This document shows positions 51,290 through 64,000 of a stretch of 64,000 nucleotides of DNA, in pieces. A model generated the notes under the pieces. It saw only the letters and a program-made list of their open reading frames with translations. It was not told the origin of the DNA and ran no database searches. The DNA is taken from contig NMRA01001009.1 of NCBI GenBank assembly GCA_002633005.1, positions 1 through 64,000 of the forward strand, read 5' to 3'. Position numbers and translations under genes: made by a program. Numbering within the stretch: position 1 is the stretch's first letter; every line of letters starts with the position of its first letter. This DNA is from Phoronis australis. Its lineage: Eukaryota > Animalia > Phoronida.

Positions 51290-51700
51290 GATTTTAACAC
51301 AGCAACAGCATATATTTTCTGAAAGAAGAAAGTCTGAGGAATTTGAGTTTTGATCTTATACTAATCTCCCATTCATTGGGTCACGTGACCATATCTTTCT
51401 TTTATATGTAGCAAAAAGAGTTCTATAATTTCGATTGATATAAGTGCTAAAGTTGAAATCTTAAAACTGTTGTTACAAATTTCTTATCATTTCATTTCCG
51501 CTTTATCCAACTTTTAATTTCATTAAAAGTCGTATTTTTGAGAGCCCCTCGTGCAAAAGCGAATACTTCAAACAATTGGTAAAAGCGTTTTTGAACAGTG
51601 CTTAAAGCATAGTGTCTGAAAGTCTTAGCCTGCTTAAAAAGCCAGCATTTCTTTATTTTTGTATTCTAAATTCATATGCCGTTTTCATGCATTTGTTTAG
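51290..51700 (+). repeat. Dispersed old repeat family; other copies at ~5780-5910 and ~32050-32410
   Basis: Shared TTTTCTGAAAG.AGAAAG.C...AATCT....ATTGGGTCAC.TGAC...TAGCAAAAA blocks. Confidence 0.7.
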
Positions 51701-53315
51701 GCCCCGAAATTTTAGCTGCGGCGAACTCATTGTGGAATATACTCTATATTTTAGCATTTTTCTGGAATACGCGTACTCGGATAGGGTAAATACTTTCAAA
51801 TCTGGGCCCTACCCATAGACGCAATGCACGCGCTGTGCCAAGGTAGTGTCACAATGACCACTTGCTTTACTCGTAATGCACGACGATATCTTGTAGGTAC
51901 TTGCGTAATCTTGCGTTTTCGCGAGATTCTTCCTCTACGGAACCCAACTAACTTAGCATATCGTGTTTGCAAACGTAGTTCTGAATGATAGCTGCATTCA
52001 AAAAATAAGAAAAACCCTTTCTTTACTCGAACAGTGTCCAATGCGAAATCACGTTAAAGGGGAATGAATTTAATTTTTCTGTCTATTGGAGGTCGATGAC
52101 ATTAAAGATGTTGAATCAGAAGCATTATTATGCCATAACCTATTGTAGATGACCAAGAGCGTCTTGTATATCGCCCTCTTCTGCACCCTGCGGTATTAAT
52201 ATCTCTAATGCATCTTTTCAAGTCTTCAATTCAATTATCTTTCCATGTTTCTACACCTGTCTGTTTATTGATTATGTAAGCCGTGAAAATTTTGTTCAAT
52301 TGCAATGATTCTAGTTCGAGTGTTTGAACACTTGTTCGTGTCAAAGCAGCCTTCCCCGTATAGTTGTTGGATGGAACCTAAATCACGCATTGTGTTTGGA
52401 CTGTAGTTATTTTGTTCCGTTGCAAGCGAGGTTTCCTCCTCGATGACTTTTCTCCTTGAAGATCTGAAATGGTTTATGAACGAACCGGCACTCGGTTGGT
52501 TTATACATTATAGTACACCAGAGCCCACGGTTTAATCTTTTACTCCAAATCGAAATCGAATTTATTTTTGGCATTTTCTATTCTTCTTTTGTTCGATCTC
52601 CAGATAAGTGCTAATTACTGTATGCTCAAGAACCATAGCTTACGGGTATCATTGTCTATTCCCAGTAGTAATACTAACACTTTGATTCTGTAAGTAATTT
52701 TCTATTTCGAGTAAGACTATTAAGCTCCGGACCCTGAGCATTGTCGCCGACAGTACGTTTAGTAATAAAAATTCATAACAATGTCTTTGCTTCTGTAAAA
52801 TGGCCCAAGTTTAGCTTTAATTAATTCGTTAATGATAATTAAAAGGCAAGTCATACCTTATCGTGTTTATCCAGGTGTTGCTCGAGGTATAAATCTGACT
52901 CAAAACACAAGCGCACAAGCGTTTTTCGATTAGGAAGCTCTTAAAAGGTGTTTTGTTTTCCCTTACACTTTAACGCTCACCCTCTGAGATGGCTAGGCAG
53001 GTAGGTTAGACGTTTTGTTTCCTCCACTTTTCATTGAATTGCAAAATTATTTCTTTATTAAACTGAAAAATAACCGTTTTGCTAGATTGCTTTTAACCGG
53101 TGAGTGTGGATTGTTTTGATTCAATCTTGAATTAAATTCCCTAATAATCATTGCTAATTCACTAAACTGGTATGTTTTATCAAACGTCAGTTTAGTGGCG
53201 TACTGAGGTCAACGAGCTCCGCATTTATAGGGGCTACAAATCCCAGTGCACACTTTCTCTCATATAATCAACTTTTGATTTAAGCCACTTAAAAATGATT
53301 GATGGGCTCGAAGAG

Positions 53316-53395
53316 AATGACAGGTGCCTATTGCTTCAGACCGAGGCTCATTGGGTTGAATGACAGGTCGCTAATGCTTCAGACCGAGGCTCATT
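53316..53395. repeat. ~43 bp tandem duplication
   Basis: GAATGACAGGT..CTA.TGCTTCAGACCGAGGCTCATT occurs twice. Confidence 0.85.
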
Positions 53396-56020
53396 AAGTT
53401 GCTTATCACGGCGGGTTAGTTTTAGCATAGTGACTTTAGGCATGCCTCAAATTTATTTCAGTTAGCAAGACAATATGGCCGTCAGAGGGCTTCCTGGCGA
53501 TTCCTTGTAATCATTTCCAGTTCAAACAAAATATAAGAACGCAGTGATGTTGCTTTGAAAGAACAAGAAATCTATTACTCAAGTGAAGAAACTTGGCGTT
53601 TTTAACACAAAACATAAATTTTCTATCAGCGTAAAAATTTCTGCTGTTCAGAGATCGCCAGAGAGTCTGGGAATAAGCGCTTTTGGGTAACTTAGAACTG
53701 CCAACTTCAAAGTGAGATGAAATAAGAAATAAAAATTAACTTAGCTTAGCAGTCAGTATATACAAGCCAGACTACCGATTTCCTTTGAAAACCATAGGAC
53801 TTCTGTGATCAACCTGCAGTGGTCTAATATGACAGGTGAGGCGTAGCTGAGATCTTCTATTTACCAGAGTTAGTAAGATCATTTAACTAGTCCTCTAACT
53901 TATCGGTGAGATCGGTGGGGTAAGTAAATCGTCGATTGACGGCTTTGGGCGTCACGGTATAGAGCGTCACTCATCATTGGACATTTTCTGTCGTATCTTC
54001 ACAAGGTTACTTGTAGTTGAACCATAAACCAGAGCATTGATGTCATTTTGTCACGACTGTAATTTTGAACATTTAATTACCAGTTACCTGTATTCCTAAA
54101 CAAACTTGTCGTCGTCTCCTAGGATCTGATACGTGAAAGTGATTAAAACTTAGACAGAAATCTGGCCTTGTGCTTCCACTTCACAGTCTAGAAATGATTT
54201 ATAGGAAATATCTCAGTAACAGTTACGTGCGTGTTACTCAGAGACTTACACTTAAAAGTATTTTTCGGAAACATCTGTGTGGAGCGTAAAATCAAATATC
54301 TGGTTTAGATGGCGCTCCATACGTAGTTTTTTGAGCCTCTGTTCTATCCTAACCCAATTTCATCAAGAAGAATTTGCGTCTGCTGGATTGTCGGTATATC
54401 ATGTCCAGCTTGAGAAGGCTGCGAATGGCGAATGGCATTTGCTTGATTTTCAGTATGTTCTGGGTGAATCATTGCCAGTTATTGACCCTTGAGTCACTTT
54501 TTACTCAGTCATGGGTTTCCTTAAAGCTATACTCGTTTTGCTTGCTGGAAGTTGAAATTTAGCAGGAAATTCAGGTGCACTTCTAAAACTTTGGATTTGT
54601 AAAAATATGGCTGGTCGACGACACCCATTTTTAGATAGTTTCTTCAATCCGAAGTGTTGACAATCTGAATGCATTGCGCATGCGCATGGTGGTTATGTGG
54701 GAATGAAAACTGCTGACTAGGAGTATTTTTGTTCATTTTAAAGTAGCCGGCTGCTCTTGACTTTGTGCATGATTTTTGAAGTTTTTGGCCCAGTTAACTG
54801 CTCATATCATAAGTTTTTGTACACCCTGTGGATCAGGCTGTAGGAGCTGCCTAGGGTTTCAAGCCCTCAGCAAAATCTGTTGAGTGCCACTTTAAGTGTC
54901 GACACTTTTCATAAAACAGGCACCAGATGTCGGTTTACCAAAGCGAAAAATAGGGCAACAGTCGTACGCGTGTCATGCGTATGACTTCGAACTGTCAGTA
55001 GGCATCTTTTTTACAAAAGCGAGTGTAGCCGCCGTATATATGTTTATTTAGGCTTGTTCGCCTACATTCGAAATAATGCGTTTCTAAGATTTTTTAGCCA
55101 CATGCTTGGCATGTAGTAGGCGCATGTGCCTAAATTTCGCATGTAATCGTAGGTAGGTGTCCTCTGTACAGGCGCATTGCTTGCGGTGGATTTACATGCA
55201 GGCAGTCGAATTGTCCTCGACATTTCAAACGCGCATAATCTTGTCCGTGCCAAACATTTTCAACCCACTCACTTGTTTTGATTATAACTAAGATAAAGCG
55301 TTGCTAGGGAACAGCGGGTAACAATGTAGTCCAATGACTGACTGACGTTGCAAAATTGGTTATTAAGGTTTTTGTATTGGTAATGCGCCATATGCATAAT
55401 AGTACGCGAGGGTTCTCTTATGAAACGTTATTTATTCGCAGTGTGGATTTCGAAACCTCCGCTTTAAAGGCCGGGCGAGAGGTATGTTCAAATCGCGCGT
55501 TATCACGTTTACAAGTTCACAGATCGTACATGAGATTTTTCTACGTAACCATCCCATTAACTAATGCACTTCACATTCCTCCATGAGTATGCTGATATCA
55601 TGACATTAAAAATATGACAGTTTGATGTAAATACTTACAAAACGGTCTGCAAGAACCGAGCACTAGTAGAAGAAAAGTGCTTACGTTATTTAATGCGCCA
55701 TGAGTGAGTGTCCCAGCTAGTTCTTACTGTTATATTTGTCTTATGATGTTTGAACACTTAACGACTACATCTTAATCTATTTGCGGGCTATTTCAGGGAT
55801 AGCTATGAAATTATTAGCAAAGCAAAATATGTCGAAGACGAACGCATGATTAAGTAAAGTGTAGTGAGCATGAGATTGCGTGTATGGTTTGCATACGAAT
55901 ACGTGGTCTCACACTCATTTAGAGCCGCATTTCGCCGTGTTTGTTTGGATAAAGCACGAAAATCGAATAAGGTCTTTTACTCTCATAAAATCGGTCTAAA
56001 ATATTCTTTGCAGTGGCAGG

Positions 56021-56200
56021 ATTCTGTTTCCGTTATCAACTCAATGTCACGGGCAATGCAGTGCGTATGTACATGCGCAATTCTGTTTCCATTACCAACT
56101 CAACGTCACGGGCAATGCAATGCGTATGTACACGCGCCATTCTGTTTCCGCTACCAACTCAACGTCACGGGCAATGCAATGCGTGTATACATGCGCCATT
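56021..56200. repeat. 59 bp tandem repeat, 3 copies
   Basis: ATTCTGTTTCC..TA.CAACTCAA.GTCACGGGCAATGCA.TGCGT.TGTACA.GCGC.A repeated; it explains the overlapping ORFs here. Confidence 0.92.
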
Positions 56201-59200
56201 TTCCAACTCGCAATTTTGGAGTTGGCATCCCCAATAAGGTTCCACTCAACGGTCTTTGCTGGTTTTGGGCTTGCAAAATCAGGTCTTGCAAACTCCAACA
56301 GGCCAATCCACAGGATATACAAAAACCTGAAAATGTGAAAAGTTTCCGGGACGAAAGACTTCAAAAACCTTGCACAAAGTCAATTTCCTTTCCTTTGCCA
56401 CTACCGCAAGTTCAGCCGGCGGCTATGTGAAAAATTACATAAATACACCAAATCAGCCGTTTTCACCCCAAAGCCACTGTTCGCATGCTTTTAATACAAA
56501 CTGAGACAGTGCATTCAGATTGCCAAAACTCTCCAGATTTCATCTGTAGAAATCAGGCGAAAAGTAATGTGTTGACATTCAGATTTTTTACAAATCCAAA
56601 GTTTATGATGGGCACCTGAATTTTCCCATGCTAAATTTCAACTTCCCTCTTGCAGCAGTAAGGAGAAGTCATAACTGAGTCAAAAGTGGGTCAAGGGGTC
56701 AACAAATGACAATTTTCACTTAGAACAGGCTCAAAAATAAAGCAAATACAATCGTAGCTTTCACATGCACATGCAACACAAAACTTAAATTGCGCAGCCA
56801 ACCCGGCAGGCAACCACGACTCATTTCCTAGAAAAGCAAATCTTAATTTTGTGCAGTTGTACGTGTAGTCTACTGAGATTATGAAACGTACTTTCTGGTC
56901 TGCGGTAAAGTCTCAGACAATTTTCCTAAATTTACAAATTAATATGCTTTTGACATGGTTTGTTAATGCATTTGTTCCTTTCAGCCTTTTAAAGAATTCT
57001 AAATGGAACACGTGTGATCATTTATGCATTTCCTTGTTACTGGGTAGGGCCAACATTAAACAGTGATTATGGAAATCGAAATAATTTTAATTAAGTTCTT
57101 TGTAGTGTCGTGTGCGCGTATAGTATATTGGCGCATCTGTGGTGAGCGACCGCATGTTTCAATTAGACTACATCCTGGCACTTTATGTAATACTTTAGAC
57201 TGCAGGTAGACAAGGAAATGTTTATTTAAATTGCTTTCTCTTGTTTATTCTAATTAAAACTTCATTAAACGAAATTAAGATCATGAAAGTGAAACCCAGT
57301 GGCTTTCAATCCTGTTTGGTTAAATGGCCACATGTTGAAAGAATTGTTTGTAAACGTTTCAACAAATCTTGCTTGCGTTTAATTTCTTTAAGTAACTGTT
57401 ACTAAAACGAAGCGGAAACGAAACCTGTATGAGTTCTTTACTTGGCTCGAAAATCCTAGTTGACAAAATCTAGTGGTAAATAAAAAAAATATAATATCAG
57501 CACAGATGTTTTCTATTATGATTTAGTATTTTAATTTATTAGCATAACCTTCGCTTCTTCCATCTGTTAAAATTGAAAGTTAAGAGGTGTTCATTTTGTA
57601 TTATATTAATAACGTCGCTCTCAGTGGGTGTAGTGCACTGTTAAATCGATAACACTGACTTGCACGGGTCCCGCATTAAGAGGACCAGTTCTTTCCACTG
57701 ATTAACGAGCATCAAACTGCTTCTCAAAATGCGGGACCCCTGCAAGCGACTACGCTTCTAGATATATTAGACTGTACAGTGAATACTGTTCATTGAGCGG
57801 TGATTCGTGGTTGATGATAGAACGCCACAAACGGTGCCTTGTCTAACCCATTTGCTCGTGCCCGGCGGCATTAACAATGGATTCCTGTGGATACAAGCAG
57901 TAACGTTATTTTCTTTCTGTGTTTTTGTGGTGTTCGAATTTATGACTATTCCTTCAGGAGGTGAGTGTGTGTGCATCGATCATTCAAAAACACACATCAC
58001 CTCGGTGCTAGGAAGATGTTTTAACTGTTGGTCTAAACTCGAGGCTTCCACGTAAAGAGATGGTCACACGTGCCTCTAATGTAAGTAAAAAACGTGGTTC
58101 ACTCATTCCCAGTGTTTTCTATTGAAATGGAATTTTGTAATAACAGCTAGCCCAATGTATAGTCCTGCTGATTTGACTTCCGTTATCTGTCATACAGACC
58201 ACACATTCAAGAACTTCCCACCAATAACACTTATATAGGCTCATGCCTTTATGGACTTATACTGGATTAAAAGAACATCCGGTGTTCAAGTTTTCAGAAA
58301 ACACGTTATTTCGACCTATTCAATATATAGTAACAACACCTGTTGTTTTGTTTTATTATTTAATAAACTATTGTCGTGGAATTGTTTTAGTCGGTCAATA
58401 TTAATTGTGATAGCACAGATTGTAGCTGGTTGGCACTGAGAAAACACAACAAAAATAACAACTGAACTCGTATCAGTCCGAGGAAATGCTATGGTCTTAA
58501 AATTAAATACAAGCTTTTAGCCTTATATTCAGGACTATGGCATTTTTCAGTGTTCACAAAACATGCATTATTTCGTTTGTAATGCCCTGGCCTCGTATCG
58601 ATAATTTTGCGATAGGTTTAAGTCTTCACTGTATTTTTCCCCACTTCTACACAGGATAAACTTTTACTTCAATCTTCAGAAAATGTACATTGTGTAAATT
58701 ATTTTTCAGCCAATTCTATCTTTTTTGGCTTATGAAAGCACGAACTTGTTCAGCCTCGTTATCACAGAGACATGTGCATGTCAATTTCTTGAGCTGAAGT
58801 GTCTCCACCAAGCGGTTAGGATGGTAACGTTTGATTATTTGGGGCAGGCAAGAGTCATGAGACTAAAGAATATGTTGTGAATGCAGTGAAGTCAGAAAAT
58901 GCAATTTTACTGACAAGATTTGATACGAATCGTATTGAATCATGTGAATGGAATGTGACGTCAGAGACTGACTAGGCCTGACTGATCACATCCCGCTCGT
59001 GAATTTTGAATAAATGAAGACACCGCTCTATATTTAATACTGCAAAGCTGAAGAAAGCAATGAGAGTGGTGTTTACTTAATGATTTAAAATGGCCTACCT
59101 TGCTACTTCATTATTATAACTTTAAAGAGAAAATCCATGAGCTTAAAACGTGTGTAACTTGTTTAATTCGCAATTTTGAGCTTGTCAACCCACAAACAGC

Positions 59201-59982
59201 GATCAGTGATAATTTTTAGATATTGTGATAGGCGTTGTTTGTTTCTAACATGACTTTGTCAGCAAAACTTTATTTAGAAAACGTATCAAGTTTTACGGAT
59301 GACTGTCACTTAAGTTGGTAGTTAACAGTATAGAATGAGCCAACGAGAGAGCTTTGTTGTCGAATGGTGCAATAATAAGTTTTCACTGGCCATGGAAAGT
59401 AATCCGCCAAGGATTCATTAGCTCACCTTCGCCCAGGCTGTGAGGATTATGCTCGACAGATAAAAGAAATCTAACAACTGAGATCTTCGCTTAACGGCCT
59501 CGCGATGCAAAATCCTCTCAATTCGTTTTTCAGCAAACGTGAGTTGAGTTAATTTTCATTCGAGGCGCTTCCTCTTCGTCTCAGTGTGCTCGCCCTAAGA
59601 TGGCCACCGACAAGACGACATGTGCCCTGTAAATGACTGTCCAATGCGTTGTCCAATAAGATATCAAAAAGCTTTAAATGAAAATGAACCACTGAGATGG
59701 TTAATGATATGATGACAAGTGCTCTGCAATTACGGAAACACTGACGAAGATTGTCCCATGCCAAATTGCAAAATAAGCAAGACAATAAGAGATCTCGAGC
59801 TCTCGAGACAGTGTTTCTAAAGCCAGTAGACAACTTCTGTCGTCAAATTTACTTGGAGATGAAACCTAACTAAACTATTAACGAAGCATCTTGCTTTTTT
59901 ACCAGTCTGTGCAAGTTTGCCTGTGTAAACCGAAACGTGACGTCCAAAAGTACTGAATATAGTGTTTACAGAACAAAAGAGC

Positions 59983-62000
59983 TGTTGTGATGTTATACTT
60001 TTCTATGACGTCATCCTGTTGTGACGTCATTCTTAATTCCTGTCAATATATTTTACATTTCTTTTATACATTTTTGCTTCTTTCTATTACAAAAACATAA
60101 CAGATTTTGGCGACGTTGGCAAGATATAAAAAGATGGGTGAGTTGGCTGGCATTATTTCGTTTTTACAACAACAAATTAACCAACAGCAAGAGGATCATC
60201 AGCGTTTTGTTAAGATGATCACTAGTGGGCTGATGCACCAACCAACGACATCTACGCCAACTTTTGGTGCGTTCGACAGTTCAGTGGAACTCTTGAAGGA
60301 TTATTGGTCCAGATTCCCAACATTTACAGGGGCACACTCCATACCTATGGAAAAACTTTCACAAACTTTCTTGACGAATCAGACGTCTAAAGTTTATAAG
60401 TTACTCGCAACTTTGGCAGAACAGCAGACACTTTCCAAGGATATCAATCAGCTGATTGACGAAAAACACGTGTAGAGTTTGGGATAGAATAGCAACAGAC
60501 AAGCGTAAGCAGTGGTAGACATGGGCGTTATCTCTGGACAGTAACTTGGTTCAACTTGACAAGCATGAAGAGAGAAAGAGTGTAGTATATCTAGCTACGA
60601 ACCTTTGCTGTCTCAAATACTCCCTCCTATACTGCCAACTGCAGTAAGAGGAGCCAACACAGTATGGGAGGAATCAGTACTAGGCACTACTTTGGTGAGT
60701 AGAAGGGAGGTGAGATGACCAGACTTACTCCATCTGGTGAATCGCTTGGTTATGTGAGATCACCAGACAAGCGGAGGCAGACTGCGGCGTTTTGGACGCT
60801 CTCTAATGTTAACTAATAGGGCCGTCCCAAATTACACGGCGATAGAACTCTCCTTTGTACCGGGCATAAGTAAACACGTGAACTAGTTATGGAAATCGGG
60901 CATATTTTCCTGTCTCTCGTTGATGTCTGGAAAGCGAAGAATTTCAGATCTCGCATCCACTTTTTCACGTCAGAGTTGTAGCCCACAGAAGTGCAGTAAC
61001 ACTTCATTGGCATTAGAAGGATGAATTGAGTAATGCAACCGAGAAGAACTTGTAAAGAATCAGACAACAACAAATAACCTATGAAACTCCAGCGGCACGA
61101 AAACGAGGCAGCAAATGTGTCTGACGGATATTTTCGGCATTATGGGTAAATACAGCAAGATTCGAGTGTCACTGTATAATCCCGGACGGCTGTAATATTG
61201 GCAAGCACCAATAGCTGGCGAATATATTAGCCTATGTGACTACGGTCTTCTGCAACCTGATGACTATACACTCTATTCAGGAGTGACTTGCACAAATCCG
61301 ATGCAAATCAGACATCGGACCCTCTTTTTTAGCTCATGAGCAACTTGGGTTGCCGACCTCAATGATCACATGAGTCGACAATAGTAAAGTGAAGCTGAAT
61401 CTTCACGTCAACGACATCATTCTGGATATACATTTCACAGAAATCTGTGAGTCCGATAACGTACAAAGCGCTTAGAGTCGTGTAACCTGGCACCACAAAG
61501 CCTTACGTATGCGTCTTTCATCAGAGTTCGTCTTCGAGAGTTCTAGCAATCATTGGTGACTTCTTCAAACTTGGAATATCCAAAGTTCGAGGCGCTACAC
61601 ACGCCCACTATTGGACCGATTCACCTACCAATCAATAAAGCAACAGGTGCTTTTTGATGCTATTGTCAACCGAGAGGCATGCACTATGTGGTATACCAGC
61701 AACTATTTCGGAAAGGTATCGTGCAACGGGAATAACCAAAACGACGACGAGCGATAGAGTGCAGTCAAAGAGCGACCATTATAGGGCCCGATGATCTCTT
61801 CTCGGACCCTCCACGCTACTTTGTTATGTTATTGGAAACACTGTGAAGACGGATACCCCTTCCCAGACTGCTCCATGTGAACAATCAAAAGAGACATCTC
61901 TCTAACTCTCATACCATATGCAGGTTGGTTCATGTGACCCTAAACAGCGGTTCGCAGTGCTTACAAAGTGGGTGGAGTTGTTGCGGCAGTGTATTGGTGG
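59983..62000 (+). mobile_element. Degenerate Gypsy (K02A2.6-like) LTR retrotransposon: short LTR candidate 59983-60102, PBS-like TGGCGACG 60108-60115, gag N-terminus to 60475, integrase relics ~61500-61910
   Basis: TGT...TAACA followed by TGGCG. The ORF has PTFGAFDSSVELLKDYWSRF.TF.GAHSIP.EKL.Q.FLTNQT..VYKLL.TLA.QQ...KDIN.L, typical of these gag proteins. Later LGISK.R....HYW and LLCY...GYP-like relics. No matching 3' LTR was seen. Confidence 0.7.
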
Positions 62001-63962
62001 ATGGAACGTACACGTAAGACAAATAGACGCACTAGATGAAGTTGTAATTACGTTCAGGACATATGCTGATTAATGGAACCTGTTGGACTTGTCAATGCTT
62101 CAATATTCCGTCCTTTGGTCACCCAGGGATGGTGTCTTTTGCAAGGGAGAAATCACTGTATATTTATGGAACACATATCGAGGATTTGTTTTGTGACAGA
62201 AACTAGATAAGTCTCTTGTTGTGAACTACTTCAAGTATTGCGTTAAAGTTTTCTCCAACCTTATTTAGTGGCCTCCATTCTAACTCGTATATCAAAAAAG
62301 TAAGCTTTGTCAACAAGTAAAAGTATATATTTTCTGAAAGAACAAGGACCAGGAAATATAAATATACTTTTTGTATTTATGTTCCATTATTATTTTTACG
62401 TAAAAAGCTTTTTAAGTCAAAATTTTATTTTTAAGAAAGGTACATTCATAGCAAAATAACCCCTCGGTCGATTTTAATGAAACCTTTTTTAAATGAAAAC
62501 TTCACAAGTTACCTCAAAAACGCTGTTAGGAATTTTCTATTAGTCTTATTGTTTGTTTTCTATGACAAATCAACTCGCAAAACGTAAGTTATTTTTGTAA
62601 AAAATTGAAGTCGTATTCGTCTTTGTCACATTACGCAAAAACTAGACCTTTATATTAAAAATGCAAATAGCTGTTTTGAGATTGATGTGTATATATTGAG
62701 ATTGGAAAGTTTCAGCGAAATCCATCAAGCCGTTTTCGAGAACTAGTGTTCCTAATTTCAAATAAAGTCGATTTGCCGAAGCCGAGAAAAAGTAGATTAA
62801 ACTGGGACAAGTTAAAATCTCAAAGTCTTTGGTTAATTATTCGGTGAAACTTGTTTTCGTTACTCATAACCTATGCAGTCCTTAACTATGTTAGCTATTT
62901 CAACGTTCACTTGCAATGTCAACTGATTTTGCAGTGCGTAACTACCTTAATTATCATTAAAACCTCAAATAGACGTATTGTTCCCAGCCAACTTTTGCTG
63001 TTGCTTACGAACTACTTTCTAAATAGGTCACAGTTCATAGCCTGTACACGTCAAGTGCTTGGAGACTGATACGAAACCTGCCTCCCGTTCAGTAACGCTA
63101 GGACCTCGCTAAAAAGCAAGACTTACGTGAGGTATTGCCGTGTATTTTAAAGGAGAACACGTGACTTTGAATAGGTTTTAGCTAGGTCCTAGTGTAGGTC
63201 CTAGCGTCTACTGAACGCATGCCAGGTAAGAAATGGATAAAAAAAAATCGAATCGGTGGTTAAAGCATGTCGTTAGCATGAGATCGAAACATCGAAATGT
63301 CAACTTATTAATTGAATTAAGGAATTAGGGTGAGGATTTATCTCTTTTCTCAACTTTCTGTGTTCATGACCAAAGACAATGAGCTATATGCACAGAGGTG
63401 ACTCGCAAGCCAGACAGCGCGTGACACGCGGTCCGCCATATTGATGATGAACGAAATGTAAATAAAAGCACGGTGGCCTTATGGAAGCCGGGGAATTTTC
63501 AGAAGAAAATTTGAAATATTCAATACTATCGAGGTTTTAAAATGTTGGTAACATTAAGGAATGTAAACATGTGACCCACGCGTTGCTTAAACGGTCATTA
63601 TAAGGCCGTAAAAAGACATAATTCCCGAATTATTTTACCGGGAATCGCTGCCGTTGTGGCTTGGGATCTCTTGCCAGTTTACGAATAACGCAGCATACTT
63701 TTTACAATTGTTTTAAAATACCCACATGAGAATCTAGTTCTTAACTCGTTTTGTTTTAGCTGAGCTTATAATTGTACAGAACTTTTTTTATAAATTGTTT
63801 ACAAGTCGAATAGCTGGAAAGGAGACACTCCCATCAACCATTGCATTCCTAAAATATACATCAAGTTAATTTTTGTCAGCTTTAGCCCAAAGAGATCATA
63901 TTTAATGCCTCGGGTAATTTATGAACTTCCCCTCAACCTTGAAACAAGTTGAACTGAAATTT

Positions 63963-64000
63963 CAGAGGCGGATCCAGGATATCATAAGGGGCGGACTCAA
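63963..64000 (+). mobile_element. Start of a hAT-type MITE (CAGAGGCGGATCCAGGAT...) truncated by the window end
   Basis: The terminus resembles the CAG...ATCCAGGAT ends at 18430 and ~1098. Confidence 0.45.

Noticed and set aside
55864-56430. 188 aa ORF
   Set aside because: Largely explained by the 59 bp triplication; no recognisable domain.

Overview
Eukaryotic, repeat-rich animal DNA, most likely a bilaterian invertebrate (lophotrochozoan-like; this is inference). It is not a prokaryotic locus. The one clearly intact gene is a spliced + strand DHHC palmitoyltransferase of the ZDHHC3/ZDHHC7 (GODZ) group. Six firm coding exons lie at 12708-13056, 23110-23234, 26236-26332, 30816-30897, 35484-35614 and 37146-37304. 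A probable first exon ends at 3414, and its terminal AT joins the G at 12708 to make the start codon (about 314 aa, ending YQYTV). Introns and the downstream intergenic region hold two Penelope-like fragments with inverted pseudo-LTRs and hammerhead-ribozyme relics, three Helentron-associated (HINE/DINE-1-like) elements carrying arrays of CTCF-like motifs, hAT- and Harbinger-type MITEs, a THAP/Kolobok-like pseudogene, a degenerate Gypsy element and many minisatellites. The most unusual structure is tandem repeats built from the gene's own splice junctions: an array of donors after exon 3 and an in-frame array of acceptors before exon 6. Use of any of these would give an immediate stop codon. 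All calls were made by eye without searches, and TE family names are tentative.
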